Assembly (NCBI GenBank): GCA_003483855.1
Contig: DMXP01000005.1
Location: forward strand, 29,202-93,201
Direction of reading: 5' to 3'
DNA length: 64,000 nucleotides
DNA from: Candidatus Yonathbacteria bacterium
Lineage (GTDB): Bacteria > Patescibacteriota > Minisyncoccia > Phycocordibacterales > UBA1550
Made by a program: the position numbers and the translations under genes. The number at the start of each line of letters is the position of its first letter. Position 1 is the stretch's first letter. Below, piece by piece: positions 1 to 10,766 of this stretch. The notes beneath the pieces are model-generated. The model ran no database searches, was not told where the DNA came from, and saw only the letters and a program-made list of their open reading frames with translations.

Positions 1-3000
1 CAAATGACGCAGCTGACATCCAGCTCTTTGTAGTAAGGGCAACAACAGAAATACCAAGCACCACTGTTTCCCCTTTTGCTTTTTCTCCACCCATCTTCTC
101 AATTCGCTCGTTTTCATGAGCGAGTTCTCCCTGTTCAACCACATCACCAAGATTGAAAATCGTATCTCCAGCATCCTTAATCTTTCTTCGCGAGAACATT
201 TGGCGAATAATTACCTCAATGTGCTTGCGTGAGATAGACGCGCCCTGAAGTTCGTAAATCTTGAGGACTTCAGTAATAATGTAATTTTCTGCTACATCCT
301 TTCCTGCGTACTGGAACACCTCTGCTATGTCTGCTGAACCGTCTGACAAAAGTTGTCCTTTTGACACAGCGTCGCCCACCTTTACAAACGGCGTACGCTT
401 TGCTGATGTTTCGTACTCTATTGCTTCACCCTTTTTCTTGCCTTCACCCTCAGCAGGGAGAACCTTGATAACCAGCTCCTTTTCGTCACGAATTACTTCT
501 GTAATCACGCCGTTTGTGTGAGAAATAATTGCGAGACTCTTTGGCTCACGCTTTTCAAAGATTTCTTCAACACGCGGAAGACCCATAGTAATGTCACCGC
601 CTGCCGATGCAATACCTCCAGAGTGGAAAGTACGCATTGTAAGTTGTGTACCTGGTTCGCCGATAGCTTGAGCAGCGATAATACCCACAGCCTCGCCAAT
701 CTCTACAAGCTCATTTCTACCGATGTCCAGACCATAACACTTGCGACAAATGCCATGTGAAGTCTTGCACGAAAGAGGAGAGCGGACAACGGCTTCGGTG
801 ATACCCTTCGCCTCCGCGTCCTTTGCATCTGCTTTTGACATAAGTTGACCCTTCTTGAAAATCACCGTGCCATCCGCGAGCGCAAGGTCCTTGGCAAGCA
901 CGCGACCTTTTAGATTGCGTGAAAGAAGGATGTCAAACCCAACAAGGTTTTCCTTGCGAATAGTCTTGCCTTCTTTGTCTCCACAGTCTTCCTCGGTGAT
1001 GATGGCGTCCTGCGCTACATCAACAATACGACGAGTAAGGTACCCTGCCTTTGCAGTCTGAAGAGCTGTGTCGGCGAGACCTTTACGTGAACCGTGAGTC
1101 GTAATGAAGTACTCAACCGGAGACAAACCTTCCTTGCTTGATGGAATAATCGGGAAGTCAATAGTGCGTCCCGCCGTGTTGATGATGAGTCCCATCATAC
1201 CTCCCATCTGGAGAATCTGAGCAATAGAACCGCGAGCGCCTGACTTCAACATGTCTTCCACAGAACCATTTTTGTCTAGAGTTCCTGGCATAAATTTTTC
1301 TATCTCGCCACGAGCTCCCTGCCAACACTCAATGGTGCGACGATAACGCTCGTCCTCGGAAAGAAGTCCGGCATTAAATTCTGAACGAATTTCGTCAGCT
1401 TCAATTTTTGCTTTTGCAATAATGCCTTTTTTCTCAGCAGGAATCTTGATCTCATCAATACCCCACGTAATACCAGCCTTGGTTACATACTTGAAACCAA
1501 AGTCCTTGATTTTGTCCAAAATCGGAGGTGTCGCGTCAATGCCGTACTTGTTTACAATCTCGTCAATAATAGACTCAAGCTCCTTTTGTGTAATCTCCTT
1601 GTTTACATATGCGAAGTCTGAAGGAAGCACGCTGTTAAAAAGTAGACGACCGACAGTAGTCTCAAAAACCTGACCGCCGAAAATGGCGTATTTTTGAGAG
1701 TCGGTACCCATCACCTTTATCTTTGCGCGATAGCTCACTGCGTCAAAATCGTGCGCTGTAATAGCGCTGTTTGGCGTAGGAAAAATCTTTCCTTCACCCT
1801 TTGCGCCTTCAATAATCTTTGTCATTGAATAACAACCTAGAGGAATATCAAGTTTTGGTTTTACAATTGGATCGCCGTTACCTGGCCCGAGGAGGTTCTT
1901 GTTTGCGGCCATAAGCTCGCCAGCTTCTTTTTGCGCAGCGTGCGAAAGTGGCACATGTACAGCCATTTGGTCTCCGTCGAAGTCCGCGTTGAAAGCGGCA
2001 CAAACGAGAGGATGAACCTGGATAGCGTTGCCTTCGATTAGTACAGGATGGAAAGCCTGAATACCAAGACGGTGAAGAGTAGGCGCGCGGTTCAAAAGAA
2101 CGTACTTGCCCTTAATCACTTCTTCAAGAATTGCCCACACTTCAGCAACACTGTCGTCTATGAGCTTGTTTGCTCCGCGAATATTGTACGCTAGCTCGCG
2201 CTCAATAATTTTTGAAACGATAAACGGACGGAAAAGCTCAAGAGCCATATGCTTTGGCAAACCGCACTGATCTAGATGAAGTTTTGGCCCAACGACAATA
2301 ACCGAACGACCGGAATAGTCCACACGCTTTCCGAGGAGGTTCTGACGAAAGAGTCCCTGCTTGCCTTTGAGAGTATCAGCGAGTGACTTCAAAGTACGCT
2401 TTTGAGCAGCATTCATTGCCACAGACTGCACACGACGAATAGAGTTATCAATAAGCGAATCCACCGCCTCCTGAAGGATACGCTTCTCGTTGCGGAGGAT
2501 AACATCCGGAGCGCCGATAGCCATGAGTTTCTTCAAGCGATTGTTGCGGTTGATAACGCGACGATACAAGTCGTTAAGGTCAGACGTAGCATGACGTCCA
2601 CCCTCAAGGGCGACCATCGGACGAAGCGCTGGTGGAATAATAGGAATAACTTTAATGAACATCCACTCTGGACGAACTCCAGAATTGATGAGAGACTTCA
2701 CGATTCCCAAACGCTTGTGGAGCTTCGCGCGCTCCACCGCGCCTGCTTTTTCTAGCTCACCCTGAAGCTTCTCGCGGAATTTTACCAAATCAATCTTTTT
2801 GAAGATGTTGTAAATCGCTTCTGCTCCAATACCTGCTTCAAATGCGGTGCTGTATTTGAGCGCAAACTTGTGATAGGTCATCTCATCAAGCACCTTGCCT
2901 TCAACAAGCGATTCAATTTCTTTTTTTGCTGTCAAAAGAAGCTCCTTCAATTTTTCTTTCCCTTTTTCGTCGGTAAGTGTCTTTGATTTGTTTTTATATT

Positions 3001-3469
3001 CCTGATCAAGCTCCTTCAAGAAGTTGTCACGCTCTGTGGTGTTTACAGAAGTGATGATGTACCCCGCAAAGTAAATAACTTTCTCAAGATCCACAATAGG
3101 AAGATTGAGTAGAAGGCCCATGCGTGAAGGAATGGAACGAAGGAACCAAATGTGCGCAACCGGTGAAGCAAGCTCAATATGCCCCATTCGCTCGCGACGA
3201 ACGATAGAGCGAGTAACCTCAACTCCACATTTCTCACAAATAATATTCTTGTAACGAATGCGTTTATACTTTCCGCAGTAACATTCGTAGTCCTTTTCAG
3301 GCCCGAAGATTCGCTCGTCAAAGAGACCTCCGCGTTCACTCCTTTGTGTGCGATAGTTGATAGTCTCCGGCTTTGTAACCTCGCCGTATGACCACTCCTT
3401 GATGCGTTCAGGAGATGCAAGCTTGAGAACTATTTCGTCGAAATTCTGTAATTCGCGTAGTGTTTTCAT
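1..3469 (-). CDS. rpoC: DNA-directed RNA polymerase subunit beta-prime, 3-prime end runs off window start
   Basis: The minus frame is open from ATG (rc of cat at 3467-3469) to position 1. N-terminal translation reads [41 protein letters not shown]... The C-proximal part reads ...HIEVIIRQM...[19 protein letters not shown], typical of beta-prime. It starts 1 nt after the rpoB stop. It is absent from the ORF track only because its stop lies outside the window. Confidence 0.93.
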   Translation of the reverse strand, partial: MKTLRELQNFDEIVLKLASPERIKEWSYGEVTKPETINYRTQRSERGGLFDERIFGPEKDYECYCGKYKRIRYKNIICEKCGVEVTRSIVRRERMGHIELASPVAHIWFLRSIPSRMGLLLNLPIVDLEKVIYFAGYIITSVNTTERDNFLKELDQEYKNKSKTLTDEKGKEKLKELLLTAKKEIESLVEGKVLDEMTYHKFALKYSTAFEAGIGAEAIYNIFKKIDLVKFREKLQGELEKAGAVERAKLHKRLGIVKSLINSGVRPEWMFIKVIPIIPPALRPMVALEGGRHATSDLNDLYRRVINRNNRLKKLMAIGAPDVILRNEKRILQEAVDSLIDNSIRRVQSVAMNAAQKRTLKSLADTLKGKQGLFRQNLLGKRVDYSGRSVIVVGPKLHLDQCGLPKHMALELFRPFIVSKIIERELAYNIRGANKLIDDSVAEVWAILEEVIKGKYVLLNRAPTLHRLGIQAFHPVLIEGNAIQVHPLVCAAFNADFDGDQMAVHVPLSHAAQKEAGELMAANKNLLGPGNGDPIVKPKLDIPLGCYSMTKIIEGAKGEGKIFPTPNSAITAHDFDAVSYRAKIKVMGTDSQKYAIFGGQVFETTVGRLLFNSVLPSDFAYVNKEITQKELESIIDEIVNKYGIDATPPILDKIKDFGFKYVTKAGITWGIDEIKIPAEKKGIIAKAKIEADEIRSEFNAGLLSEDERYRRTIECWQGARGEIEKFMPGTLDKNGSVEDMLKSGARGSIAQILQMGGMMGLIINTAGRTIDFPIIPSSKEGLSPVEYFITTHGSRKGLADTALQTAKAGYLTRRIVDVAQDAIITEEDCGDKEGKTIRKENLVGFDILLSRNLKGRVLAKDLALADGTVIFKKGQLMSKADAKDAEAKGITEAVVRSPLSCKTSHGICRKCYGLDIGRNELVEIGEAVGIIAAQAIGEPGTQLTMRTFHSGGIASAGGDITMGLPRVEEIFEKREPKSLAIISHTNGVITEVIRDEKELVIKVLPAEGEGKKKGEAIEYETSAKRTPFVKVGDAVSKGQLLSDGSADIAEVFQYAGKDVAENYIITEVLKIYELQGASISRKHIEVIIRQMFSRRKIKDAGDTIFNLGDVVEQGELAHENERIEKMGGEKAKGETVVLGISVVALTTKSWMSAASF

Positions 3470-3470
3470 A

Positions 3471-6400
3471 TTATTTTTTCTTATTGAGCGAAATGTCGAG
3501 TGAGAGCCCGCGTAGATAATTTAGAAGCACATTGAACGACTCGGGGATATTTGTGCTTGTGATGTCGTTGCCTTTCACAATAGCGTCAAATGCTTCCGAA
3601 CGACCTGAAATATCGTCTGATTTAATAGTGAGCATTTCACGAAGGACATGCGATGCGCCGTAACCTTCCAGAGCCCACACTTCCATTTCTCCAAAACGCT
3701 GACCTCCACCTTGCGCCTTTCCGCCAAGTGGCTGTTGCGTGATGAGAGAGTACGGCCCGATTGAACGCATGTGGATCTTGTCTTCCACCATGTGGTTTAG
3801 TTTCAAGATGTACATATAACCAACCGCAATATCCTGATCAAACGAGTCTCCAGTGCGTCCGTCAAAGAGTGGCATCTTGCCGTCCTCGCGGTAGCCTGCC
3901 TTCACGAGCTCGCCCTTAATTTCCTCAACTGTTGCTCCCATAAACGGAGGTACGATTGCCTGATAGTTGAGCGTGTGCGCGGCTAGACCCAAGTGAAGCT
4001 CAAGAATTTGTCCCAAGTTCATACGAGAAGGCACGCCGAGCGGAGTAAGCACAACATCAATAGGTGTACCGTCTGCCATGTATGGCATATCCTCCTCAGG
4101 AAGGATTACAGAAATAACACCCTTGTTACCGTGACGTCCCGCAAGCTTGTCGCCCACAGAAATGTTACGCACCTGAGCAACTTCAATGTGAATTTTCTTG
4201 ATGATACCGCTGTCTAGCGCATCGCCCTTTTCGCGCGAGAATACTTTCACACCAATCACGCGTCCACGCTTGCCGTGATCCATGCGAAGCGAAGTGTCTT
4301 TCACGTCGCGAGCCTTGTCTCCGAAAATACTGCGAAGGAGTCGCTCCTCAGGGGTCAATTCTGTCTCACCCTTTGGCGTAATCTTTCCAACCAAAATATC
4401 TCCTGGGTGCACCTCTGCGCCAATACGAATGATGCCGTCTTCGTCCAAGTCTTTGAGCTTGAGCTCACCAACGTTTGGAATATCGTGAGTTGTAACCTCG
4501 GGCCCGAGCTTTGTGTCACGCACATTCACAACAAACTCGTCCATGTGAATAGAAGTAAACTTGCTGTCCTTTACGAGACGCTCCGAAAGAATGATCGCGT
4601 CTTCGTAGTTGGAACCTGCCCATGACATAAACGCAACGAGCGCGTTTTGCCCGATAGCAATCTGACCATTGTCTGAAGACGAAGTGTCAGCAAGTACAGC
4701 TCCCTTCTTCACCTTGTCGCCCACGTTTACAATAGGACGCTGATGGAATGCTGTGAATCCGTTTGTTCGTGAGAATGTTACAAGCTTGTATGAATGTTCC
4801 TTCCCATCTCCACCCTTCAAAACAATTTTTCTTGAATCCGAATGAGTGACAGTGCCATCCACATCCGCAATAACGAGACGACCTGTGTCGCGAGCAGCCA
4901 TTCCCTCCATACCTGTTGCAACCAGCGGAGCCTCTGGCACAACTACTGGGATTGCCTGCTTCTGCATGTTTGAACCCATGAGCGCGCGGTTTGCGTTGTC
5001 GTGTTCCAAAAATGGAATCATGGATGTAGCTACCGAGTATGCTTGGTTTGCTGCGATGTCCATGTAGTGCACATCCGCGCGGTCTACAAGCTCTGGGTGT
5101 CCAGCGCGACGAACCTCAACCTTCTCTTCAACAATGCTGTCACCATCCATTTTCAAAGACGCATGCGCGATGTTGTATTGCTCTTCTTCTAACGCATCCA
5201 TGTACACGATTTCTTTTGTGGTCTTGCCGTTCTTCACCTTTACATAAGGCGTTTCAATCATTCCAAAGTCATTGATGCGCGCATAGCAAGAGAGACGGAG
5301 AATAAGACCGATGTTTGGACCTTCTGGAGTGTGGATAGGGCAAAGGCGTCCGTAGTGCGATGTGTGCACGTCGCGAACTTCAATACCAGCGCGTTCGCGA
5401 GTGAGGCCACCTGGCCCAAGCGCTGAAAATGTGCGGAGAAGCTCAATTTCAGAAAGCACGTTGTACTGACTCATAAACTGAGAGAGCTGGTTTGTCGCAA
5501 AGAATTCCTTTAGTCGCGCCTGAAGCGGGCGAGGAGAAATAAATTGCACAGGCATTGTGGCGTCGGTATCAATTGTGGACATTCTGTCCTGAATATTACG
5601 CTTCATCTGTGTCATACCCACGCGAATCTTTTGCTGGAGCATTTCACCTACAGAGCGAATGCGACGGCTTCCGAGGTGGTCAATATCGTCTGGAAGAGCG
5701 CGAGGGTCTGCGTTTAGCTTTACGATGTGCGAAACGATTGTTGCAACATCACTTGCATCAATAGTGCGTCTTGCAATATCATCTTTATCAAGTCCTTTTC
5801 CAAAACGCTTGTTAAACTTAAAGCGTCCTACTTCTGATAGGTCATACTTCTCCTTTGCAAAAATAGAGTTCACGAAACCGCGAGCATTTTCTGCTGTTGC
5901 AAGGTCGCCATCGCGAAGCTTCTTGTGAATTTCAATAAATGATTCGTCAGGAGTAAGAGCGAGGTCTTTTGCGAGAGTTGCTTCAATCACCTTCTTTACC
6001 GCTTCGTCTTTCTTTGCAAATGCTTTTAGAATTGCTTCATTGTTTTCCAAACCAAGAGCGCGAAGAAGCACGGTTACAGGGAACTTGCGCTTTTTATCAA
6101 TACGCACGTACACCGCTCCGTCTGGATCGGACTCCACCTCTACCCATGCGCCACGGCCTGGGATAATTTTTGCGCCGAAGTAACGCTTGCCCTTGAGCTC
6201 GTCTACGGTGAATGACACACCGAATGAACGAGAAATCTGTGGCACAACCACGCGTTCAACCCCGTTCACGATAAATGTACCGTGCGAGGTCATCATAGGA
6301 AAATCCGCCATAAAGATTTCCTGCTCTTTCTCACTCTTAAACGTTTTGTTTATAAGTTTTACGCGCGCTTTGAGAGGCGCTTCGTAAGAGAGGTTGTTTT

Positions 6401-6623
6401 CTTTTGCAAAATACTCGTCATACTTTGGCGCCGAGAGTTCAATGCCAACGAATTCAAGTTCAAACTTTTTTTCCGAGTAATCTTTAATCGGAGAAAATTC
6501 TTTAAATGCTTCCTTGAGTCCTACTTCGAGAAGCCATTTGTATGACTTCAAGTGTGTCTCTACGAGGTTCGGGAGTTCGATTTGCGGTTTCTTGTACCGC
6601 GCAAAATATTTCTGTTCTCGCAT
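3471..6623 (-). CDS. rpoB: DNA-directed RNA polymerase subunit beta
   Basis: 1050-aa ORF with rpoB hallmarks throughout (MREQKYFARYKKPQIELPNLVETHLKSY..., rifampicin-region and C-terminal GGQRFGEMEVWALEGYGA). The rpoB-rpoC order is conserved. Confidence 0.95.
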   Translation of the reverse strand: MREQKYFARYKKPQIELPNLVETHLKSYKWLLEVGLKEAFKEFSPIKDYSEKKFELEFVGIELSAPKYDEYFAKENNLSYEAPLKARVKLINKTFKSEKEQEIFMADFPMMTSHGTFIVNGVERVVVPQISRSFGVSFTVDELKGKRYFGAKIIPGRGAWVEVESDPDGAVYVRIDKKRKFPVTVLLRALGLENNEAILKAFAKKDEAVKKVIEATLAKDLALTPDESFIEIHKKLRDGDLATAENARGFVNSIFAKEKYDLSEVGRFKFNKRFGKGLDKDDIARRTIDASDVATIVSHIVKLNADPRALPDDIDHLGSRRIRSVGEMLQQKIRVGMTQMKRNIQDRMSTIDTDATMPVQFISPRPLQARLKEFFATNQLSQFMSQYNVLSEIELLRTFSALGPGGLTRERAGIEVRDVHTSHYGRLCPIHTPEGPNIGLILRLSCYARINDFGMIETPYVKVKNGKTTKEIVYMDALEEEQYNIAHASLKMDGDSIVEEKVEVRRAGHPELVDRADVHYMDIAANQAYSVATSMIPFLEHDNANRALMGSNMQKQAIPVVVPEAPLVATGMEGMAARDTGRLVIADVDGTVTHSDSRKIVLKGGDGKEHSYKLVTFSRTNGFTAFHQRPIVNVGDKVKKGAVLADTSSSDNGQIAIGQNALVAFMSWAGSNYEDAIILSERLVKDSKFTSIHMDEFVVNVRDTKLGPEVTTHDIPNVGELKLKDLDEDGIIRIGAEVHPGDILVGKITPKGETELTPEERLLRSIFGDKARDVKDTSLRMDHGKRGRVIGVKVFSREKGDALDSGIIKKIHIEVAQVRNISVGDKLAGRHGNKGVISVILPEEDMPYMADGTPIDVVLTPLGVPSRMNLGQILELHLGLAAHTLNYQAIVPPFMGATVEEIKGELVKAGYREDGKMPLFDGRTGDSFDQDIAVGYMYILKLNHMVEDKIHMRSIGPYSLITQQPLGGKAQGGGQRFGEMEVWALEGYGASHVLREMLTIKSDDISGRSEAFDAIVKGNDITSTNIPESFNVLLNYLRGLSLDISLNKKK

Positions 6624-6820
6624 ATGGTGATGTAACGCGTTAATTACAAAATGCCTCTTAACCCATTATTGGTTGCCCGTAAACAGCAAAAATCAAAAAG
6701 GCACGGAATATCCACCTTTCTGATTAAACAAGGGTATAAAAGACACTTAATACCTATTAAAATTGTACCTCCTCTCTATCGTACGGCGCCAAGTACGCAA
6801 TCAAATTACCGTTAAAAAGC

Positions 6821-6849
6821 AGTATACCAGACTGTAAATTGGTGTCAAT
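6821..6849 (-). promoter_or_regulatory. candidate sigma70-type promoter for rpoBC
   Basis: On the minus strand: TTGACA (rc of 6844-6849), 17-nt spacer, TATACT (rc of 6821-6826). It lies about 195 nt upstream of the rpoB ATG and just downstream of the hairpin at 6855-6881. Confidence 0.4.
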
Positions 6850-6854
6850 GCGTA

Positions 6855-6881
6855 AATTATCCTTACACAGCAAGGATAATT
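6855..6881 (-). terminator. hairpin downstream of the Mrr-cat operon (possible terminator, weak U-tract)
   Basis: Stem aattatcctt / aaggataatt with a 7-nt loop. No clear U-run follows. Confidence 0.3.
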
Positions 6882-6889
6882 CTGAATTT

Positions 6890-7771
6890 CTACTGCCAGG
6901 CTTCATGAAGATGCTCCGCAAGCTTACGCTTCAAGAGACCTCCGTCAATCAATTCCACTGAGTTTGACTTCGCCAAAGCTATCGCTCCTTGTGTAAAATA
7001 TGAAGTCGTTATTACAACTGCTCTTGTACACCCATAATGTACTCGCCCCGCCACCGCTTGCTGAACTGCTTTGTTATCGACAGGATCCTGATAACACTTC
7101 GCTTGAATAAGTATGCTCTCACCATTTTTATTCGCAATAACATCTGCGCCTTGATCACCAGAGCCACCTACTCTTTTACTTGCGTAACCCATCGCGCTAT
7201 AAAGTCGGGCGACAAGATTTTCAAATTCAATTCCACTTTTGCTCAACTCGCTCATGTTGTGCACTGCTTTTGTTCCAATACTTTCATTTAAATATCTATT
7301 CTCTTTTTTATCAATAAAATGTCTCAAGATTACAGAAAGTTCACCATAATCTTTTGTTGATATGGTGATATTTTTTTTATTAGCATTATCACGAAAGTCA
7401 TCGAGACGCTTCCACTCAAACTTGTACCCCCGATATTCCCAAGGTTTAATTTTGCCCTCCTTTCCAAACTGGTCAATGAAGCTGTTTACACTACTCTCAA
7501 AACCAGTATTTGCTATCTGCTCAAGGATACTATCAAGATGACGTTTCGTATTTTCCCTTCTTTTAAATATGTAAAACATATAGGCACCGACAGCTAGGAC
7601 AAGTACCGCAAGTGCAGGAAAAACGTAATGATTCATCTCAAACCAAAAACGATTAGTATCCACGTAGTATACGAATATGAGGTACGCGATACCAAACACA
7701 AATAGACCTGCAACCCCTCTCAAAAAACCATCTTCTTCATTTTCTTTTCTTCTGTAGCGTCTTTTATACAT
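6890..7771 (-). CDS. membrane-anchored restriction-endonuclease-like (Mrr-cat, PD-(D/E)xK) domain protein
   Basis: Two N-terminal TM helices (GVAGLFVFGIAYLIFVYYV and FPALAVLVLAVGAYMFYIF). The C-terminus FENLVARLYSAMGYASKRVGGSGDQGADVIANKNGESILIQAKCYQDPVDNKAVQQAVAGRVHYGCTRAVVITTSYFTQGAIALAKSNSVELIDG matches the Mrr N-terminal catalytic-domain pattern (GDGGID...QCK...ITTS.F). Confidence 0.7.
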   Translation of the reverse strand: MYKRRYRRKENEEDGFLRGVAGLFVFGIAYLIFVYYVDTNRFWFEMNHYVFPALAVLVLAVGAYMFYIFKRRENTKRHLDSILEQIANTGFESSVNSFIDQFGKEGKIKPWEYRGYKFEWKRLDDFRDNANKKNITISTKDYGELSVILRHFIDKKENRYLNESIGTKAVHNMSELSKSGIEFENLVARLYSAMGYASKRVGGSGDQGADVIANKNGESILIQAKCYQDPVDNKAVQQAVAGRVHYGCTRAVVITTSYFTQGAIALAKSNSVELIDGGLLKRKLAEHLHEAWQ

Positions 7772-7836
7772 ATTAGAAACAGTATACCAAATTCAAAACA
7801 ATAATTCCTAGTTCACATAGGCGAGCCCTATGTAAA

Positions 7837-8439
7837 CTACTTCAACTTCCCCTTTCGCCACTTCTCAATCTTTTTGATACCGAGCTTTTTTCCGAGGCAA
7901 TTAACCCATGCCTCGTCAGTCCCCCGAGACGCATAGTGTCTAATGTTGACAACCTTACCGCACCTAATTCTATCCCTAAAGTGCTCATTAAAACATCTCC
8001 ACAAAAAAGATGTGTCTGCACCTAAGGTAATAAATACTGTATCCTTGCCGATTTTAACATCCATCATTTCTTTTTCAAATAAATCTGCGTGTTTTTTAAT
8101 CTTTTCAGGATGCTTATGAAAATAAGATTCTACTTCTCGTGCATTTGCATTCGCATGATACTTAAAAATATCAGTCAGGTAGGAGCCCCTTAGTTTAGTA
8201 TCATTATTGCACGCATACATTAACTTCCTATCATGTTGCCCACCGTGGAAATTTGACCATGATGGTTTCTTCAAGTCTTTTGATATATTTAAACCAACAA
8301 ACACATATCTCGTATTCAGTTGAGCAACACTTTCATCAATAACAGATGTATCATTCTGGTCATTTTCATCCCAAATCGCCCAACTGGAACATGGGCCGTA
8401 TTCCATGCTTAATTTTTCATATTCATTAGTGGTATACAT
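7837..8439 (-). CDS. hypothetical protein with weak UDG-superfamily-like motifs
   Basis: 200 aa. Its start codon abuts the stop of the upstream gene (TAA-ATG junction at 8437-8442), which suggests translational coupling. YVFVGLNISKD and VVNIRHYASRG loosely resemble UDG-fold motif A (G-x-N-P-G) and motif B (H-P-S). No confident family assignment. Confidence 0.5.
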   Translation of the reverse strand: MYTTNEYEKLSMEYGPCSSWAIWDENDQNDTSVIDESVAQLNTRYVFVGLNISKDLKKPSWSNFHGGQHDRKLMYACNNDTKLRGSYLTDIFKYHANANAREVESYFHKHPEKIKKHADLFEKEMMDVKIGKDTVFITLGADTSFLWRCFNEHFRDRIRCGKVVNIRHYASRGTDEAWVNCLGKKLGIKKIEKWRKGKLK

Positions 8440-9183
8440 TTAATCAATAACATACCCATCTACTTTTTGAGAGTGGAACAGTGTTGTATTTGAAACAACA
8501 GTGACTCCATTATCCCACGCCTCAACACTATAGCCATGGGTGAACGGGGTAAGCAAGACATCATCTGGGATATCCACGAAATGCTCTGTTGAGTAACCAG
8601 AAGACGAGGGGAAGAAAGTGACTGAATTAGGACCATAAGTATACAAAACTAGCCGTGAATTAGCTGGAATATTTGTTCTCCATGAGAAACGACCTGAGTT
8701 ATTAATATTAGTTATACCTCTCAGTAAAATTGACAGTGCAGGGACATCCTCTTGAGATATCTGAGTTTGTACAGGTTGAACTAAAACGGATGGGATAATT
8801 ACTGCTTCCTTTATCCATCGAACAACATTTCCTCTTGCATCAATCTCGGCAACAGCACCATTTTGAAATGTTACGATACTAGTCTTTGACTCGTCCTGTT
8901 TTTGTGCTACCTGTGGTTCGGGTGTAACTTGCTTTTTAGGTGATACAACCACAGAGTTTTTACTTTTTTTTGTAGCTACTTCTTTTTGTTGAGAAACTTC
9001 CCCCGAACTTGTTGCAGTTGTTGTCGCTTTTTTATTTTCAAAATTTACATCATGAGTTTGCTCAACTCTCACTTCTGCTGGTCTACTAAAAATCTTCCAA
9101 GAAAACGGATTCCACCATGAAGCCAGCGCAATCTGTGGCACAATAAGCGTAGCTACAGCCAAAGAGATCAAGATTTTTTTCAT
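8440..9183 (-). CDS. secreted hypothetical protein (signal peptide)
   Basis: N-terminus MKKILISLAVATLIVPQIALASWW is a typical signal peptide. The rest shows no recognisable domain. Confidence 0.55.
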   Translation of the reverse strand: MKKILISLAVATLIVPQIALASWWNPFSWKIFSRPAEVRVEQTHDVNFENKKATTTATSSGEVSQQKEVATKKSKNSVVVSPKKQVTPEPQVAQKQDESKTSIVTFQNGAVAEIDARGNVVRWIKEAVIIPSVLVQPVQTQISQEDVPALSILLRGITNINNSGRFSWRTNIPANSRLVLYTYGPNSVTFFPSSSGYSTEHFVDIPDDVLLTPFTHGYSVEAWDNGVTVVSNTTLFHSQKVDGYVID

Positions 9184-9221
9184 ACCAATATGGTACTCCT
9201 CTTCCCTCAGATAAGCAACAT

Positions 9222-9635
9222 TTATTCCTCTGACTTCTTCACTTCTCTTTCCTTACTTCGTGTAGTTGAACCATACATAAAAACTCCTACAAGTGATGCA
9301 AGAGTACCCACGCCGATTATACCGCCAGCAATGGCATTCCCATAGATAGAGATGATTGCGGAAACAACAAGCCCAGCAACAGCAATAACAAAACCAAGAA
9401 TTTGACCCCATTTTGAACGAGCAATGTCGGAACTAATTACCTTTTGCTCAAGATCTTTTCTGTGCGCAGATTGGTCTTCTGCCATCTTGATTATTCTTTC
9501 AGCCGAACCAGGAACTACTTCTTCAAACTTGCGCAGAATGTCTGGATGAGGAAGCGGTCCAGAAAACGACTGCACAGAGTGCTGTTGAACTACTACACCA
9601 TTCTGATTATGCTGTCTTTGTAAGCCCTTGCTCAT
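9222..9635 (-). CDS. DUF2335-like membrane protein
   Basis: PHPDILRKFEEVVPGSAERIIKMAEDQSAHRKDLEQK followed by two TM helices resembles the DUF2335 predicted-membrane-protein pattern. It overlaps the upstream small gene by 29 nt. Confidence 0.55.
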   Translation of the reverse strand: MSKGLQRQHNQNGVVVQQHSVQSFSGPLPHPDILRKFEEVVPGSAERIIKMAEDQSAHRKDLEQKVISSDIARSKWGQILGFVIAVAGLVVSAIISIYGNAIAGGIIGVGTLASLVGVFMYGSTTRSKEREVKKSEE

Positions 9636-9828
9636 AATTTTTTATAGAAAACTTTAAGTCCTCGCCAACTGCACCCCAATCACTCTTTAACGCTTTTATA
9701 TCAGCCTCCTGTTCTGTTTCTGAAATATTGTAATCCTGTAGTGTCGCTCCTAAATCAAGAATGCGCGACATACCCTCAAGAAATGATGGTTCTGCAAAAA
9801 GCCTGCTAGAAGAATAGATATTTTTCAT
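9607..9828 (-). CDS. small hypothetical protein (74 aa)
   Basis: The ORF 9607..9918 is trimmed to the internal Met (MKNIYSSSRLFAEPSF...). The upstream extension overlaps the trmD terminator hairpin. First gene of a 5-gene minus-strand operon. Confidence 0.45.
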   Translation of the reverse strand: MKNIYSSSRLFAEPSFLEGMSRILDLGATLQDYNISETEQEADIKALKSDWGAVGEDLKFSIKNYEQGLTKTA

Positions 9829-9868
9829 ATTGAAAGTATAACAAATCGAGTTTATATATACAAATGCA

Positions 9869-9896
9869 GAAACCGCAACACGGGGTTGCGGTTTCG
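9869..9896 (-). terminator. hairpin terminator downstream of trmD
   Basis: gaaaccgcaac-acgggg-gttgcggtttc, an 11-bp perfect stem. On the minus strand it is followed by TGCATTTGTATATATA. Confidence 0.45.
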
Positions 9897-10103
9897 CGTC
9901 CTGCCACCGAAGCGACAAGAGGTATGAATTAAAGATACCTTACCTCTATGCAAATTGCAAGCAGTTATCCACAGCCTCAAAACCTACCTCATCTTCCCTC
10001 TCCTCCACTCTTGAATTAGCAAATTCACTTACGTGTCATATCTTCTTATGGTCGCCCGACGAAATTTCCTTTTAGAAATTTTTTCGGGTAAACCACCCGA
10101 GGA

Positions 10104-10763
10104 CTACCTTAGTTTACCTTCTCTCCATTTTTCTATCGCAGAATGGTCGCCGGACAGTAATACCTTTGGGACTCGGTACTTTTTGCCTTTCCATTCTAGG
10201 ACTTCGGGGCGAGTGTACATCTCGGGGGAAGCAGTGCGTTCCTCCTCTAGCGATTCCATTTTCCCGAGCACGCCTTCAATCTGGCGCGCACAAGCGTCTA
10301 CGACAACCATTGCAGGCACTTCCCCGCCTGTGAGCACAAATGGCCCCACGGAAACCTCCTCCGCTTTGAAAATCTTTTTCACTCGCGCGTCAATACCTTC
10401 GTAGCGACCTGCTATCAAAATAATGTCTGTATATTTGGTAACAAGAGCTTTTGCGTACACGTTTGTAAATTGCTTGCCTCCTGGCGCAAACAAAATTACC
10501 TTCACTTTAGTATTCTTTTTGCGCGCAATACCTCTTGCAATCTTTTCAAGTGTGCGAAGCATCGGCTCTGCTGTCATTACCATCCCAGGACCTCCCGCGT
10601 ATGGGCGGTCATCCACCTTTCCCCATTTGTTACCGGCAAGCTCACGTGGGTCATAATACGAAACAGAGATGAGCTTCCCTTCCTGTGCACGACCAAGAAT
10701 AGACGCGTCCATATATGGACGTACAGCCTCTGGGAAAATAGTGACAATATGAAAACGAATCAT
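10104..10763 (-). CDS. trmD: tRNA (guanine37-N1)-methyltransferase
   Basis: MIRFHIVTIFPEAVRPYMDASILGRAQEGKLISVSYYDPRE...LTGGEVPAMVVVDACARQIEGVLG is TrmD (SPOUT). The start is trimmed to the Met at 10763. The ORF-track N-terminal extension is discounted. Confidence 0.9.
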   Translation of the reverse strand: MIRFHIVTIFPEAVRPYMDASILGRAQEGKLISVSYYDPRELAGNKWGKVDDRPYAGGPGMVMTAEPMLRTLEKIARGIARKKNTKVKVILFAPGGKQFTNVYAKALVTKYTDIILIAGRYEGIDARVKKIFKAEEVSVGPFVLTGGEVPAMVVVDACARQIEGVLGKMESLEEERTASPEMYTRPEVLEWKGKKYRVPKVLLSGDHSAIEKWREGKLR

Positions 10764-10766
10764 GAG

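Noticed and set aside
3993-6545. Numerous 60-120-aa plus-strand ORFs inside rpoB (3993..4217, 4275..4625, 5001..5275, 5555..5928, 6282..6545) and antisense ORFs 327..760, 855..1061, 1422..1673, 2402..2755, 3179..3391 inside rpoC
   Set aside because: They are antisense or out-of-frame to a highly conserved long gene. They arise from the codon bias of the real gene, and none has start or RBS context.
9607-9918. Full 103-aa extent of the first operon gene
   Set aside because: The N-terminal 30 codons overlap the trmD terminator hairpin (9869-9896). The gene was trimmed to the internal Met at 9828, which has a promoter-like TATACT 6 nt upstream.
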